Below are positions 29,038-38,566 of a DNA stretch of 64,000 nt, piece after piece. Position 1 is the stretch's first letter; each line of letters starts with the position of its first letter. The DNA is from Candidatus Micrarchaeota archaeon (lineage in GTDB: Archaea; Micrarchaeota; Micrarchaeia; Anstonellales; Bilamarchaeaceae). The stretch covers positions 32,001-96,000 of the forward strand of contig JBFMEZ010000013.1 in NCBI GenBank assembly GCA_040753215.1, given 5' to 3'. Under the pieces are notes generated by a model. That model was given only the letters and a program-made list of their open reading frames with translations. It had not been told where the DNA came from and did no database searches. The translations under genes were made by a program, and so were the position numbers.

Positions 29038-29430
29038 TCAAATCCCCTCCTGCATCTTCCTCACCTTCTCCAGCAGTTCATCATTATTCGCCCTCTCAAT
29101 GCTCTCATAAAGCTCGTTCTTTGCAGTATGCACGTAAATCATCGTAGTCTGCAAGTTCGTATGCCGTGCAAACTTTGAGGCCAGAGCCACATTCCCCCCA
29201 TTCTTCCTGCAGAAATTAGTAATCGCATAATGCCGAAGGCTATGGGTGCTCAACCTATACAGCGTCTTAGGACTTTCCCCAACGCTGTACCCGTAAACCT
29301 CATCCAGCTTGGCCTTCTTCACGTATTTCATGAAAAATTTCCTTGCGGTCTGGGAGGTGATGTATGGCTTTGTCTTGTCTGTCTTCGTCCCCTCCTCAAG
29401 GGAGAAGAAGAGGCTGCCTTGCCGAAAGGG
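29038..29430 (-). pseudogene. tyrosine recombinase/integrase, C-terminal fragment
   Basis: HSLRH, ARHTNLQTTMIY; N-terminal domain and box I Arg absent. Confidence 0.8.
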
Positions 29431-29494
29431 ATTGCGCTCTGCTGCAATCCGGAAACTCGAAACCAGGCACGGGAAACCCGTTCTTTCCGGCATT

Positions 29495-30115
29495 CTATTC
29501 TTTTTCCGGCGCAACAATCCTTTTTGCTAGGAAGAGAATTCTCAGCACGACCTCCAGCCCCATGAGCATGAGGAAAAACGGAAGCGCATCCCCTATGAGC
29601 TCCGCCATCTCCGCCAGCCGCTGCTCTATTATAAGCGGGGAGAATGTGGTCGGGGATGCGAGGAAAACCGCAAAAAGCGCTATGGGCACGGTTTTCGCCA
29701 CATCAACCGCGATGTCCTCGTCCAAGTACGAGCAGATTCTTGTGGCTGCGACAAGCGATATCGAGATGAACATCATATCCGCAATGGAGGCGGTCTTGGA
29801 TATGAAATAGAGGAATATGGTAAGCACGACGAACCAGACGAAAACCGCGAGAGGAAAGACAATCACGTACTCCAGCCCGAACTTCACCCTCTCCAGGACC
29901 TGCGGCACGAAGCCCTTGCCGACCTTCTTCCAGTCTATCTCGAATATGTTTCTCCTTGAGAAGGTTTTCCAGAATGTCCCGATGACGAGCGCATAGATGG
30001 TTATGGTGAGCACCATCATGGCCACGTTCGCCGTGCCCGCACCCAGCTGCGCCTGCAGCTGCGAGTAGAAGTTCCCGGCCGCTTCCGCCGCAACAAGAGT
30101 AAGGCTCTCTGCCAT
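29495..30115 (-). CDS. membrane protein
   Basis: Five hydrophobic segments. Confidence 0.7.
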   Translation of the reverse strand: MAESLTLVAAEAAGNFYSQLQAQLGAGTANVAMMVLTITIYALVIGTFWKTFSRRNIFEIDWKKVGKGFVPQVLERVKFGLEYVIVFPLAVFVWFVVLTIFLYFISKTASIADMMFISISLVAATRICSYLDEDIAVDVAKTVPIALFAVFLASPTTFSPLIIEQRLAEMAELIGDALPFFLMLMGLEVVLRILFLAKRIVAPEKE

Positions 30116-30181
30116 GCGCCTGATAATCAGAAAAAGGTTAAATCGTTTGCCATTGTAACCATGGTTACATTACAATTCATT

Positions 30182-31498
30182 GTGAACTACCACCGGTCAA
30201 AGACCGGTGGCTTCCTGCTTCATAGAAGATACTTGCCCATTATGTTTATAATGGGTAGAGGTCTCCTCTCTGCAGGCGTTACTTCCCACAGTTCCTGCGG
30301 TAGCCATTTTTGCCAAACGGCCAGCTTGCTCGGTCGACCGTTTGGCAAACCTGAGTATGTTTATTGCTGCATTGAGGTCGCGGTGCATGGATGCGCCGCA
30401 TGCGCATTTATGCCATCTCTCTGCAAGCGATTTCTTCTGCACCAAACCGCAGCTGCTGCACGTCTGTGTTGTATGGGCAGGCTCAACCAGCACAACTTCG
30501 CAACCAGCACTCTCAGCCTTGTATGCGAGCATGCTGCTAAATTCCGCCCAGCTGCAGTCCAGTACGGATTTTGCAAGGAATCCTTTTGCCAATCCTTTTG
30601 TATTCAGGTTTTCCATTGCAATGAAAGAATATTTTTCCACCAGCTTCCTGCTTGTTTTATGAAGGAAGTCCCTTCTTCGGTTCGCCAACTTTTCATAAGC
30701 CGATGCAACCTTCAGCCTTGCCTTTCTTCTGTTTTTGCTTCCCTTCTTTTTCCCGGAAAGGAAACGCTGCGCACTCTCCAGTTTTTCTTCGGCATTTTTC
30801 AGGTGCCGCGGGTTTTCCAGCATCGTTCCATCGCTGAGGCATGCGAAGTTCTCAATTCCAAGGTCGATTCCAACAGGCGGGCCGTCTTTCTTGGGAACCC
30901 GCTTCTCTTCTATTTCTGAAGTGAAAATGGCAAACCATTTCCCTGAAGGCATCCTCTTTATCGTGAGGGTCTTTATTTTTCCTGCAATTTCCCTGTGCTT
31001 TTCGATTTGGATTTTGCCTATTCCCGAAAGTTCAAGCTTTTCATCCAGTACGAAGCCAAACTGTGGATATGTAAATGATTTCATCCTTTCCATGGTTTTG
31101 AACCTCGGGAAGCCTGCCTTCATGCCTGCTTTCCTTTTGAGCATCATGCCCCTCAGGCATTTTACGAGCCTGTCTGCAACGTTCTGCGCAACCTGGGAGA
31201 ATAATGGTGTTCCTTTTGTCTGCAAATAGAGCTGCTGGCGCGTTGGAAATTTTCCTGTTTCCTTATAATATTTTTTTGTGTATTCTAGAAGGGAATTCCA
31301 CAGCTCTTTGCACTCATGGAGGCATTCGCCCATTTGCTTTTCCTGGGACCTGGATGTGTAGAGCCGGAATTTCCATGCCCTTGTTCGCATATGCGACTCT
31401 GGCGCACGGCGGTTTATAAGGATTTCCCGGGTGTGATTCCAGTAATCGTTTATGGAGATTTTTGCATCCACCGGTCGCAGACCGGTGGAATTAAGGCT
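30182..31498 (-). mobile_element. TnpB-only IS200/IS605 (IS1341-like) element, copy 1
   Basis: CCACCGGTC-nnn-GACCGGTGG hairpins at both ends; right end ...GTTCAC; ends shared with copy 2. Confidence 0.88.
30197..31390 (-). CDS. tnpB: RNA-guided endonuclease TnpB
   Basis: KFRLY, GIDLG, AMENL, CSSC..CAC zinc ribbon, RDLNAA. Confidence 0.95.
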   Translation of the reverse strand: MRTRAWKFRLYTSRSQEKQMGECLHECKELWNSLLEYTKKYYKETGKFPTRQQLYLQTKGTPLFSQVAQNVADRLVKCLRGMMLKRKAGMKAGFPRFKTMERMKSFTYPQFGFVLDEKLELSGIGKIQIEKHREIAGKIKTLTIKRMPSGKWFAIFTSEIEEKRVPKKDGPPVGIDLGIENFACLSDGTMLENPRHLKNAEEKLESAQRFLSGKKKGSKNRRKARLKVASAYEKLANRRRDFLHKTSRKLVEKYSFIAMENLNTKGLAKGFLAKSVLDCSWAEFSSMLAYKAESAGCEVVLVEPAHTTQTCSSCGLVQKKSLAERWHKCACGASMHRDLNAAINILRFAKRSTEQAGRLAKMATAGTVGSNACREETSTHYKHNGQVSSMKQEATGL

Positions 31499-31525
31499 TT
31501 AAACCTTCCTTCAGAAACAGGAGCC

Positions 31526-32245
31526 ATGGACGAATTAGGCGTAAACCGCAACCTCCCTGTCCTGCGCCTGAACCGCGTGAGCACCGGAATCTCGCAGTTC
31601 GACATAATGCTGGACGGGGGCTACAAGAACCCCGCCACGGTAGCCATCCTGGGCCCGACAGGCCCGGAGAGGAGGGTGTTCGCCTTCCATTTCGTATCCG
31701 CGGGCATACAGGCAGGCGACAAAATCCTTTACATAACCACCGACCGGACCCCGGATGAGCTGGAAAAGCTCGCAGGCGAATTCGGGATCAGCATAAAATC
31801 CGACCTTGTGAAATACCTGGACTGCTATTCGCTGACCGTATCAACGCAGGCCCCTGCCGTGCCGAGGCCCAACATTGTCCAGATAAGCAGCCCCTCCGCC
31901 CTCAACGAACTCTCCCTCGCAATAAACGAGGCGCTCGAGCAGATGCAGGCGAAAAGGCTGCGCGTGGTCTTCCACTCCTTCTCCACGCTCGGTGTGCACT
32001 CCCAGCAGGATTCCCTGTTCAAGTTCCTCTCCCTGGTCGACGGCCGCCTGAAGAACGCTAATGCCACCACCCTCCTGCTTGTTGATGAGGGCATGCATGA
32101 TGAGAAATTCCTCACAATACTCAGGCATGCGGTTGATGAGGAGTTCAGGATAAGGGTTTCCGAAGGCGCGAAGGTGGTCTCCAGCCCCGAGCTGCCCCTG
32201 GAGGTGCCCATAAGGGTGGGGCCCCTCGGCGTGGAGGTGGACTGA
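31526..32245 (+). CDS. KaiC/RAD55-like RecA-superfamily protein with degenerate Walker A
   Basis: RVSTGISQFDIMLDGG; GPTGPERR in place of GxxGxGKT. Confidence 0.85.
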   Translation: MDELGVNRNLPVLRLNRVSTGISQFDIMLDGGYKNPATVAILGPTGPERRVFAFHFVSAGIQAGDKILYITTDRTPDELEKLAGEFGISIKSDLVKYLDCYSLTVSTQAPAVPRPNIVQISSPSALNELSLAINEALEQMQAKRLRVVFHSFSTLGVHSQQDSLFKFLSLVDGRLKNANATTLLLVDEGMHDEKFLTILRHAVDEEFRIRVSEGAKVVSSPELPLEVPIRVGPLGVEVD

Positions 32246-32553
32246 TGTTCGAAGTCCTTGAGAAGCTCAAGAACCAGGGCATAATGGCGGCGATAATAAG
32301 GCGGGACGGGGTGGTGCAGGCATCCAACTTCAACCTCCCCGACGGAGTGGAGAGCATGGCCTCCTTCGGCTTCAACATAGGGGATGCGCTCCTCCGCGAA
32401 GTGAAGGATGAAGCATCAGAGCTCATAATCACCGCAGGCGCGAAGAACATCATCCTGCACGGCATGGAGGGCGACAACATCCTTTTTGCAGTGATTACAA
32501 GCAAGGAGCAGTACGAATTCTACAAGTCCGCAGTCGAGCCGCAGAGAGGGTGA
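32245..32553 (+). CDS. roadblock/LC7 domain protein
   Basis: AAIIRRDGVVQASNF pattern, ~100 aa, translationally coupled to the previous gene. Confidence 0.65.
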   Translation: MFEVLEKLKNQGIMAAIIRRDGVVQASNFNLPDGVESMASFGFNIGDALLREVKDEASELIITAGAKNIILHGMEGDNILFAVITSKEQYEFYKSAVEPQRG

Positions 32554-32557
32554 GCCG

Positions 32558-33883
32558 GTGGACATAGACCCAGTGCGCAATTCCCTCTCAACGAAATCCT
32601 TCTTCTGCGATTTCCGCCACCTCCGCATCTCTAGCCACACCGTGGGAATAAAGGACGGGGAGGCGGAGTGCAGGGAAGGCGTTGAGGAGGGAATTGCCGT
32701 GCGCGCATTCATAAACGGCTCCTGGGGCTTCGCCTCCGGCCCTCTATCCGATTTCCACTCCCTCCTCTCCAGGGCCGAAAGGCTCGCTTCCTCCGGAAAG
32801 GGCAATTCCATTTACCCTCCGCGCGAATCCGAGCTTTCCCATCCCGGAAAGGCCCCCCGTTTCCATCCTTCGGGCGCAGAGGACCTCATCTCCACAGGCA
32901 ATGCTCTCTACTCCGAGATGGAAAATGAAAAAATCCGCAACAGGCAGGTGCGCCTCTCCGAGCTCCTCACCCGCCGTATATACGCAAATTCCGCAGGCGC
33001 GCTAATGGAGGACGAATCCCTCCTCCTCTACTCCCGCTTCTCCTGCATAGGGAAGGAAGGGACCGTAACGCAGGAAGGCCGCCACACATGGGGCTCGCGC
33101 GAAAAATGGGACGAAGAATCCCTCTTCTCCTCCGCAAGGGAATCCAAAAGAAAATGCCTCGATTCCCTCTCGGCTCTCCCACCCCCTTCCGGCACCTTCA
33201 CAGCAATCCTGGACAACGAGATGGCGGGCGTGTTCGCGCACGAGGCGGTGGGCCACGCATGCGAAGGGGATGCAATAATGGAGCACTCATCAATTCTCGA
33301 AGGGAAGAAAGGGATGAAGATAGGCTCCGAACTCATAAGCATATGGGACTCTCCTGAAACAGAAGGCGCATTCGGCTCCTACTCTTTCGATGATGAGGGA
33401 ATGCCCGGAAAGGCAGTGAACCTCATCCACCAAGGCACCCTCTCCGCCTTCCTCCATTCCGCGGAGAGCGCCCACTCGCTCGGCGAGCAGCCGAACGGCC
33501 ACGCGCGCGCAGAGGATTTCAGCGTCCCCCCCATCGTCCGCATGAGCAACACCTATATAGAGCGCGGAGACCATAAGGTGGAGGAGCTCCTTGATGTGGA
33601 TGAAGGGATTTATGTAAAGGGGATGAACGGGGGAAGCGTGGACACGATCACCGGCCAGTTCATGTTCCGCGCGGAGGAGGCATTCCTCATCCACAGGGGC
33701 GTCCTCGGGGACCGCATCCGCGACCTCTCGGTCACAGGTACAATAACCGGCACCCTGAAGGAGGTGGATGCGGTCGGCAGCGACTTCCGGCTGAAGCCCG
33801 GCTTCTGCGGGAAGAACGGCCAGACAATGAACGTGAGCGACGGCGGCCCCCACATCCGCGTGCGCTCTATGAAGGTTGGCTGA
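32558..33883 (+). CDS. tldD: TldD/PmbA family metalloprotease
   Basis: GVFAHEAVGHACEGD, FDDEG, NGHARA, VRMSNT, CGKNGQ..VSDGGP. Confidence 0.93.
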   Translation: MDIDPVRNSLSTKSFFCDFRHLRISSHTVGIKDGEAECREGVEEGIAVRAFINGSWGFASGPLSDFHSLLSRAERLASSGKGNSIYPPRESELSHPGKAPRFHPSGAEDLISTGNALYSEMENEKIRNRQVRLSELLTRRIYANSAGALMEDESLLLYSRFSCIGKEGTVTQEGRHTWGSREKWDEESLFSSARESKRKCLDSLSALPPPSGTFTAILDNEMAGVFAHEAVGHACEGDAIMEHSSILEGKKGMKIGSELISIWDSPETEGAFGSYSFDDEGMPGKAVNLIHQGTLSAFLHSAESAHSLGEQPNGHARAEDFSVPPIVRMSNTYIERGDHKVEELLDVDEGIYVKGMNGGSVDTITGQFMFRAEEAFLIHRGVLGDRIRDLSVTGTITGTLKEVDAVGSDFRLKPGFCGKNGQTMNVSDGGPHIRVRSMKVG

Positions 33884-33884
33884 C

Positions 33885-33926
33885 CTTCCAGTTCCCAGTT
33901 GCCCGTTCCCGGTTTCCCGTTTTCAG
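33885..33926. repeat. intergenic 7-mer tandem array
   Basis: CAGTTCC CAGTTGC CCGTTCC CGGTTTC CCGTTTT. Confidence 0.75.
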
Positions 33927-33933
33927 CATCTGG

Positions 33934-34671
33934 CTAGCGCCATTTTATTGCTTCGGGCAATTTTTCCGCCAAATCCGATGCGCAATAAGCATACCCCTTC
34001 TCCCTGAAAAGCAGCTCCCCCGCCCTCTTGTTCGCACGCGATGCCGCAACCGCGGCCTCCATCGCATCGTTCTTTGCATACAGCGCGCAGAGGAGCCCCG
34101 CAAGAACGTCCCCGGTCCCGCCCTTGGTCATGCCGGCATTCCCGCCCTTCACCAGCACAGTCTCCTTCCCGTCCGAAACCATGTCCACCCTTCCTTTCTT
34201 CAATATTGTGCAGCCCCACTTCCCGGCCATCGCGCGCACGTGCTCCGGGCTCCCGCCCACTCCAAACAGTTTCCTGAACTCCCCCTCATGCGGCGTAATG
34301 AGGCAGCCTTTCAGTTCCTTCGGCTCTGCTTTCCTGAGCGCATCCCCATCCAGAATTGTTTTCGCATACTTCCTTCCCAGCTTCCCCAAATCCAGGTGCG
34401 CATCCCCCAGCCCCGGCCCGGCAAGGGCGCAGTCCGCCTCCGGGTACTCCTCAACCACAATCACTTCCGGAATCCCGGATACAGCAAACATCAGCTTCTC
34501 ATCTTTCTCCCCGGGCATGAAATACACAAGGTCCGCGAACCTCCTCGCGCCGAGGATGCAGAAAACGGCGGCCCCGTGGTATCTCCTGCTTCCCGCAACA
34601 ACCAGAACCTTCCCGTTCTCCCCCTTGTGCGAACCCTCCGGCGGCTTATGCAAAGAGAGAATCCCCTTCAT
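33934..34671 (-). CDS. nnrD: ADP-dependent NAD(P)HX dehydratase
   Basis: SHKGENG, GPGLG, LDGDAL, ITPHEGEF, GGTGDVLAG. Confidence 0.93.
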   Translation of the reverse strand: MKGILSLHKPPEGSHKGENGKVLVVAGSRRYHGAAVFCILGARRFADLVYFMPGEKDEKLMFAVSGIPEVIVVEEYPEADCALAGPGLGDAHLDLGKLGRKYAKTILDGDALRKAEPKELKGCLITPHEGEFRKLFGVGGSPEHVRAMAGKWGCTILKKGRVDMVSDGKETVLVKGGNAGMTKGGTGDVLAGLLCALYAKNDAMEAAVAASRANKRAGELLFREKGYAYCASDLAEKLPEAIKWR

Positions 34672-34708
34672 GCGAACAATTAAAATCCGCACCAATAAAA
34701 CCCTTTCC

Positions 34709-35494
34709 ATGTTCGACTGGAAGGGCTTCTTTCTCAAGTCGGCGGGGGCGGCCCTCTTCGGCGTCTCCTTACTCGCCCTCTTCCTCTCCATCCTCGGCTT
34801 CCTGCTCCCGGGCATCCAGGATTCCGTCCTCCAGAGGGCCAACGATGAATACGCCCCCCGCATGGTCCCCATCCTCCTCGCGCACGAGCCGCAGCTCAGC
34901 ACCCTGACCTACGACAACACCGCCTCCTACTGCGCGGCGAAGCCCCCGGGCGTGACGATGGAATTCGGGGGCATAACGGACGAATACGTGTGCTCCCTCA
35001 TCTCCAACAATTATGTGGGCAACACGGAAGAGCTCCGGCTCCGCCTCGCCCGGACCCTCATCTCCAACAAGGTCGATGAGATGCTCGCTTCTTACGGCCT
35101 CCAGCTCGCCGGCCTTTACTCCCGCCTTCCCATCCTTCTCGCGCTATTCCTGCTGCCCCTCTTCCTCTCCTTCGCCCTCCTGTATTTCGGCTCCAGGAAC
35201 CTGATCGAGCTCGCTTTCGTGCTCTCCTTCCTCGCCGCCCTCTTCTCATTCCTTCTCCTCCTGCTCTCCGCGCTCTCCTTCTTCCTTCTCCCATCCCTCA
35301 TGGTGGGCACGGCAAAGGAGAGGGCTGCCACCCAGCTGGAGATAGACCTCATCACAATAAGCCAGGACCTCGTCTCGGAAACGGTGGGCGAGCTCTTCCT
35401 CCCGCCGATAGTTGTTTTCGGTTTCCTGTCTTCGGTTTCCAGCCTCTTCGCCGTGGTCTTTTACTACTATCTCGCCAAACTGAAGGGTTCCTAG
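34709..35494 (+). CDS. membrane protein
   Basis: Four TM segments around a soluble loop; start MFDWKG. Confidence 0.7.
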   Translation: MFDWKGFFLKSAGAALFGVSLLALFLSILGFLLPGIQDSVLQRANDEYAPRMVPILLAHEPQLSTLTYDNTASYCAAKPPGVTMEFGGITDEYVCSLISNNYVGNTEELRLRLARTLISNKVDEMLASYGLQLAGLYSRLPILLALFLLPLFLSFALLYFGSRNLIELAFVLSFLAALFSFLLLLLSALSFFLLPSLMVGTAKERAATQLEIDLITISQDLVSETVGELFLPPIVVFGFLSSVSSLFAVVFYYYLAKLKGS

Positions 35495-35542
35495 AAAACT
35501 CTCTTCCCTAGAGAAAACGCGGGGAGGGCGCTCCCCCTATTC

Positions 35543-35598
35543 AGTTTACTGTTTCCGGTTTCCAGTTTCCGGAACCCTAAACGGGAAACCGGGAACTC
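35543..35598. repeat. inverted 7-mer array between convergent genes
   Basis: GTTTCCG-type units facing GGAAACC-type units. Confidence 0.7.
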
Positions 35599-35662
35599 TC
35601 TGACCCCCTCCCACTTCGCTCAGCAATGCTTTGCACGCACTCCTTACGCTATGTCTTCAAAA

Positions 35663-36430
35663 CTAGAAAACCCGTTTTCCTATTTCTTTGGATAGAAATT
35701 CCGCCTCTTTTATTGCAGCGCTCTCCGGGCTTCCCCCTCTTTTCTCATGCGCAAAAGCAATTGAAGATGAAGAATTCACCCTGTGAATGAGCGGATTCCC
35801 CTTCAGCGCCTTCAGCACGTCGAAACCCCCGCCCTGCGCACCAATCCCGGGCACAAGGATGGGCACATCCTTCCCCACAAGCTTCACAATCCCCGGAAGC
35901 GCATCGCTCGTCGCCCCCACCACAAGCCCCGCGCCCATCTTCGCCGCCTTGGCACAAACCCTCTCATACACCCTCTCCTTCCCGCATTTCAGCTCCTCAA
36001 AATCCTTTGCCCCCGGATTGCTGGTCCTCCCAAGTACATACGCGACCTTCCCCCCCCTTATGAACGGGGCGATGGAATCCTCCCCCATATATGGCGCAAC
36101 CGTCACCGCGTCCGCGCCCCAGAAATCGTACGCCTCCCTCGCATACGCCTCGCTGCTCTTCCCTATGTCCCCCCGTTTTGCATCCAGAATAACAAATGTT
36201 TTCTCCCGGTACCTGTCCATAATCTGCTTGAGCGCATGCAGCCCCTCAAACCCGAGCGCCCCAAAATACGCATAGTTCGGCTTTATGGCAGAAATCAGAT
36301 TCTCCTCCAGAAGCATGTCCGTTATACCGGAATAATACCCGACAATATCCTCCATCGGCTTAGGGTCTATGCCGAAGCACAAAATCGAGCCTGCCTCCAC
36401 TGCCGCCTTCTCAAGCTTTCTTAGCGCCAT
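35663..36430 (-). CDS. pyrF: orotidine-5'-phosphate decarboxylase
   Basis: GIDP, DAKRGDIG, RTSNP, VVGAT, PGIGAQGG. Confidence 0.95.
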   Translation of the reverse strand: MALRKLEKAAVEAGSILCFGIDPKPMEDIVGYYSGITDMLLEENLISAIKPNYAYFGALGFEGLHALKQIMDRYREKTFVILDAKRGDIGKSSEAYAREAYDFWGADAVTVAPYMGEDSIAPFIRGGKVAYVLGRTSNPGAKDFEELKCGKERVYERVCAKAAKMGAGLVVGATSDALPGIVKLVGKDVPILVPGIGAQGGGFDVLKALKGNPLIHRVNSSSSIAFAHEKRGGSPESAAIKEAEFLSKEIGKRVF

Positions 36431-36469
36431 ACTCATCCCGTTTTCAGTCCCCAGTTTCCCGTTTCCTGC

Positions 36470-37111
36470 CTACTTTTCCGCCCCATACTCCCTTCTGTAT
36501 TCCAAAAACCTCCTATAAATCCCCTCGCTGACTTGCTTCCCGCGCAATTCCTCAAATATTTCCGAGGTGCTCGCAACCGCCTTCACCGGCACGCCCGCCC
36601 TCTCCTCAAATTCCTTTGCAGCAGGGCCGCCGCCCTCGCCCTTCTCCTCCCTGTCCACAGCCACAACAACGGCTTTCAATCTAACCCCTATGCCCTTCAA
36701 TAAATCCACATTCTCATACTTCGTCCCGCCAGTAGTGAAAACATCATCCACCAGCACAACGCTCTCTCCGGGCGCTGGCAAATGCCCCACGAATACCCCC
36801 CTGTCCCCGTGCGCCTTCTCCTCCTTCCTGTTGAACAGCCAATACACCCTCTTCCCTTTTTTTGAGAGCGCAATCGCAACGCCCACCGCGAGCGGAATCC
36901 CCTTGTACGCGGGCCCGTACACTACGTCGCACCCGCCAATCCCTTCTATCTTTTCCGCAAGGAACCCGCACAACTCCAAAAATTCCTTCCCTTCGCAGAT
37001 GATTCCCGTGTTCACGAAATAAGGGCTCTTCCTCCCGCTTTTCAGGGTGAAGTCCCCAAACTTCAGCGCCCCGGTTTTCACCAGGAACTTCCCGATGCTT
37101 TTCTCCGCCAT
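36470..37111 (-). CDS. pyrE: orotate phosphoribosyltransferase
   Basis: FTLKSGRKSPYF, GPAYKGIP, NRKEEKAHG, VDDVFTTG. Confidence 0.96.
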   Translation of the reverse strand: MAEKSIGKFLVKTGALKFGDFTLKSGRKSPYFVNTGIICEGKEFLELCGFLAEKIEGIGGCDVVYGPAYKGIPLAVGVAIALSKKGKRVYWLFNRKEEKAHGDRGVFVGHLPAPGESVVLVDDVFTTGGTKYENVDLLKGIGVRLKAVVVAVDREEKGEGGGPAAKEFEERAGVPVKAVASTSEIFEELRGKQVSEGIYRRFLEYRREYGAEK

Positions 37112-37115
37112 CCTT

Positions 37116-37874
37116 TTACCTCTTGCTCCCCTCACGCACCGCCCTCACAAATTCCTTTACCGCCTCCACCCCTCCCTTCTTCTCAAACGCGGTCCCGACC
37201 TGTATGATGTCCGCTCCTGCCTTCACGACATCCCTCGCTTCCTGCGGAGTCCTAACCCCCCCGCCAACTATGTACGGAACCTCAATCACCGAAGAGACCG
37301 CCTTCACCATCTCCAGGGGAATATGCCCCTCCGCAGGAGCGCTACCCGCATCCGTAAGCACGAACCTGAAGCCCATGTACTGCGCAGCAAGCGCATAGGC
37401 GGCCGCAATCTTTGGCTTCGCCCTGGGCACAAGCTGCACATCCCCCACATAACCCACCGTTCCTCCCGGCTCCACCACCACGTACCCAACGGGCAGCGGC
37501 TCCACCTTATACTTCTTTACCATCTCCGCGGCGAGCATCTGCGCCCTAGTAATCCAGTACGGATTATTTGAGTTCAATAAACTCATGAAATAGACCGCGT
37601 CCGCATATTTCGTCACTGTTCCGATATTTCCCGGGAACAATACCACCGGCACATCCACGCTCTCCTTCACCCTCCTGGTTACGTTGTCCAGCATCTCCCC
37701 CTGCACGCCGGTGCTGCCGCCTATGAGCACCACGTCCGCCCCTCCCTCATCCATGCTCTTTGCGGTCTTCACCGCATCATCAATGGAAGGGTAGTCCAGC
37801 GGGTCCACCAGTGAAAAGAGCAGTGCGCCCCTGCGCTCCAGCCCATCGAGTATGTATTTCTCAGTCTTTCCCAT
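37116..37874 (-). CDS. geranylgeranylglyceryl phosphate synthase
   Basis: LVDP, IGGST, VLFPG, FMSLLNS, DAGS, VGGGVR. Confidence 0.93.
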   Translation of the reverse strand: MGKTEKYILDGLERRGALLFSLVDPLDYPSIDDAVKTAKSMDEGGADVVLIGGSTGVQGEMLDNVTRRVKESVDVPVVLFPGNIGTVTKYADAVYFMSLLNSNNPYWITRAQMLAAEMVKKYKVEPLPVGYVVVEPGGTVGYVGDVQLVPRAKPKIAAAYALAAQYMGFRFVLTDAGSAPAEGHIPLEMVKAVSSVIEVPYIVGGGVRTPQEARDVVKAGADIIQVGTAFEKKGGVEAVKEFVRAVREGSKR

Positions 37875-37935
37875 GCGAATTCCCCCTAATTAGTCCGGAT
37901 TTCTCTTTTTTAAACCCTACTTTCCAAACTTCACC

Positions 37936-38451
37936 ATGGAGGAGGCAACCCACATCATAATGACCGGCGGAACGATCGATTCTTATTACGACGCCCGAAC
38001 CGACACCGCAGTTCCCCGCAGTGAATCCGTAATCCCGGGCTACTTCCGGAACATGAGACTATATGGCAAAATAGATTTTACACAGGTGTGCATGAAGGAC
38101 AGCCGCCAGCTCACTTCAAAGGACAGGTCAAAGATTCTCAGGGCCATCGAGAAAAGCAAGAGCAGGAAAATAATCGTCACCCATGGCACATACACAATGC
38201 CCGATACTGCTCGCTTTCTCGAAAAGAAGCTGAAGAGGCGCGACCAGGCAATCATACTCACCGGCTCGATGATTCCGATGGACGGATTCGTTTTCTCTGA
38301 CGGCCCCTTCAACCTCGGCTTCGCGCTTTCGCAAGTCCGTATGCTGAAACCCGGAGTCTATGTATGCATGAACGGCCGCATCTTCGCGCCGGAGGATGTA
38401 ATAAAAAGCCTTTACGAGGGCCGCTTCTCCTCAATACTTGGGGAGAAATAG
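37936..38451 (+). CDS. asparaginase N-terminal domain protein
   Basis: TGGTID, VTHGTYTM, LTGSMIP, NLGFAL, CMNG. Confidence 0.9.
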   Translation: MEEATHIIMTGGTIDSYYDARTDTAVPRSESVIPGYFRNMRLYGKIDFTQVCMKDSRQLTSKDRSKILRAIEKSKSRKIIVTHGTYTMPDTARFLEKKLKRRDQAIILTGSMIPMDGFVFSDGPFNLGFALSQVRMLKPGVYVCMNGRIFAPEDVIKSLYEGRFSSILGEK

Positions 38452-38477
38452 TTGATTAACAAAAGGAAGACAACCAG

Positions 38478-38561
38478 ATGACCAAAGACGATATCGGAGA
38501 CCTCAAGGATGCGATAAAAGAGTACAAGAAAGGCAGGGCTGTTTCCCTGAAGGGGATCTGA
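38478..38561 (+). pseudogene. possible antitoxin C-terminal remnant
   Basis: MTKDDIGDLKDAIKEYKKGRAVSLKGI resembles archaeal antitoxin tails. Confidence 0.3.
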
Positions 38562-38566
38562 CCAAC

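Larger units (their letters stand above)
17682..29430. mobile_element. degenerate integrated accessory island downstream of tRNA-Ile
   Basis: Adjacent to a tRNA 3' end, visibly more AT-rich, carries accessory genes, ends in a tyrosine integrase remnant; no attR found. Confidence 0.55.

Noticed and set aside
29430..29500. attR copy of the tRNA-Ile 3' end, or SSV-type split integrase
   Set aside because: No duplicate of the tRNA 3' sequence near the integrase and no recognisable integrase N-terminal part at the tRNA
34028..34902. Long overlapping ORF extensions on both strands, and many other shadow ORFs in the track
   Set aside because: Antisense or alternate-frame ORFs over well-supported genes, expected at this GC content
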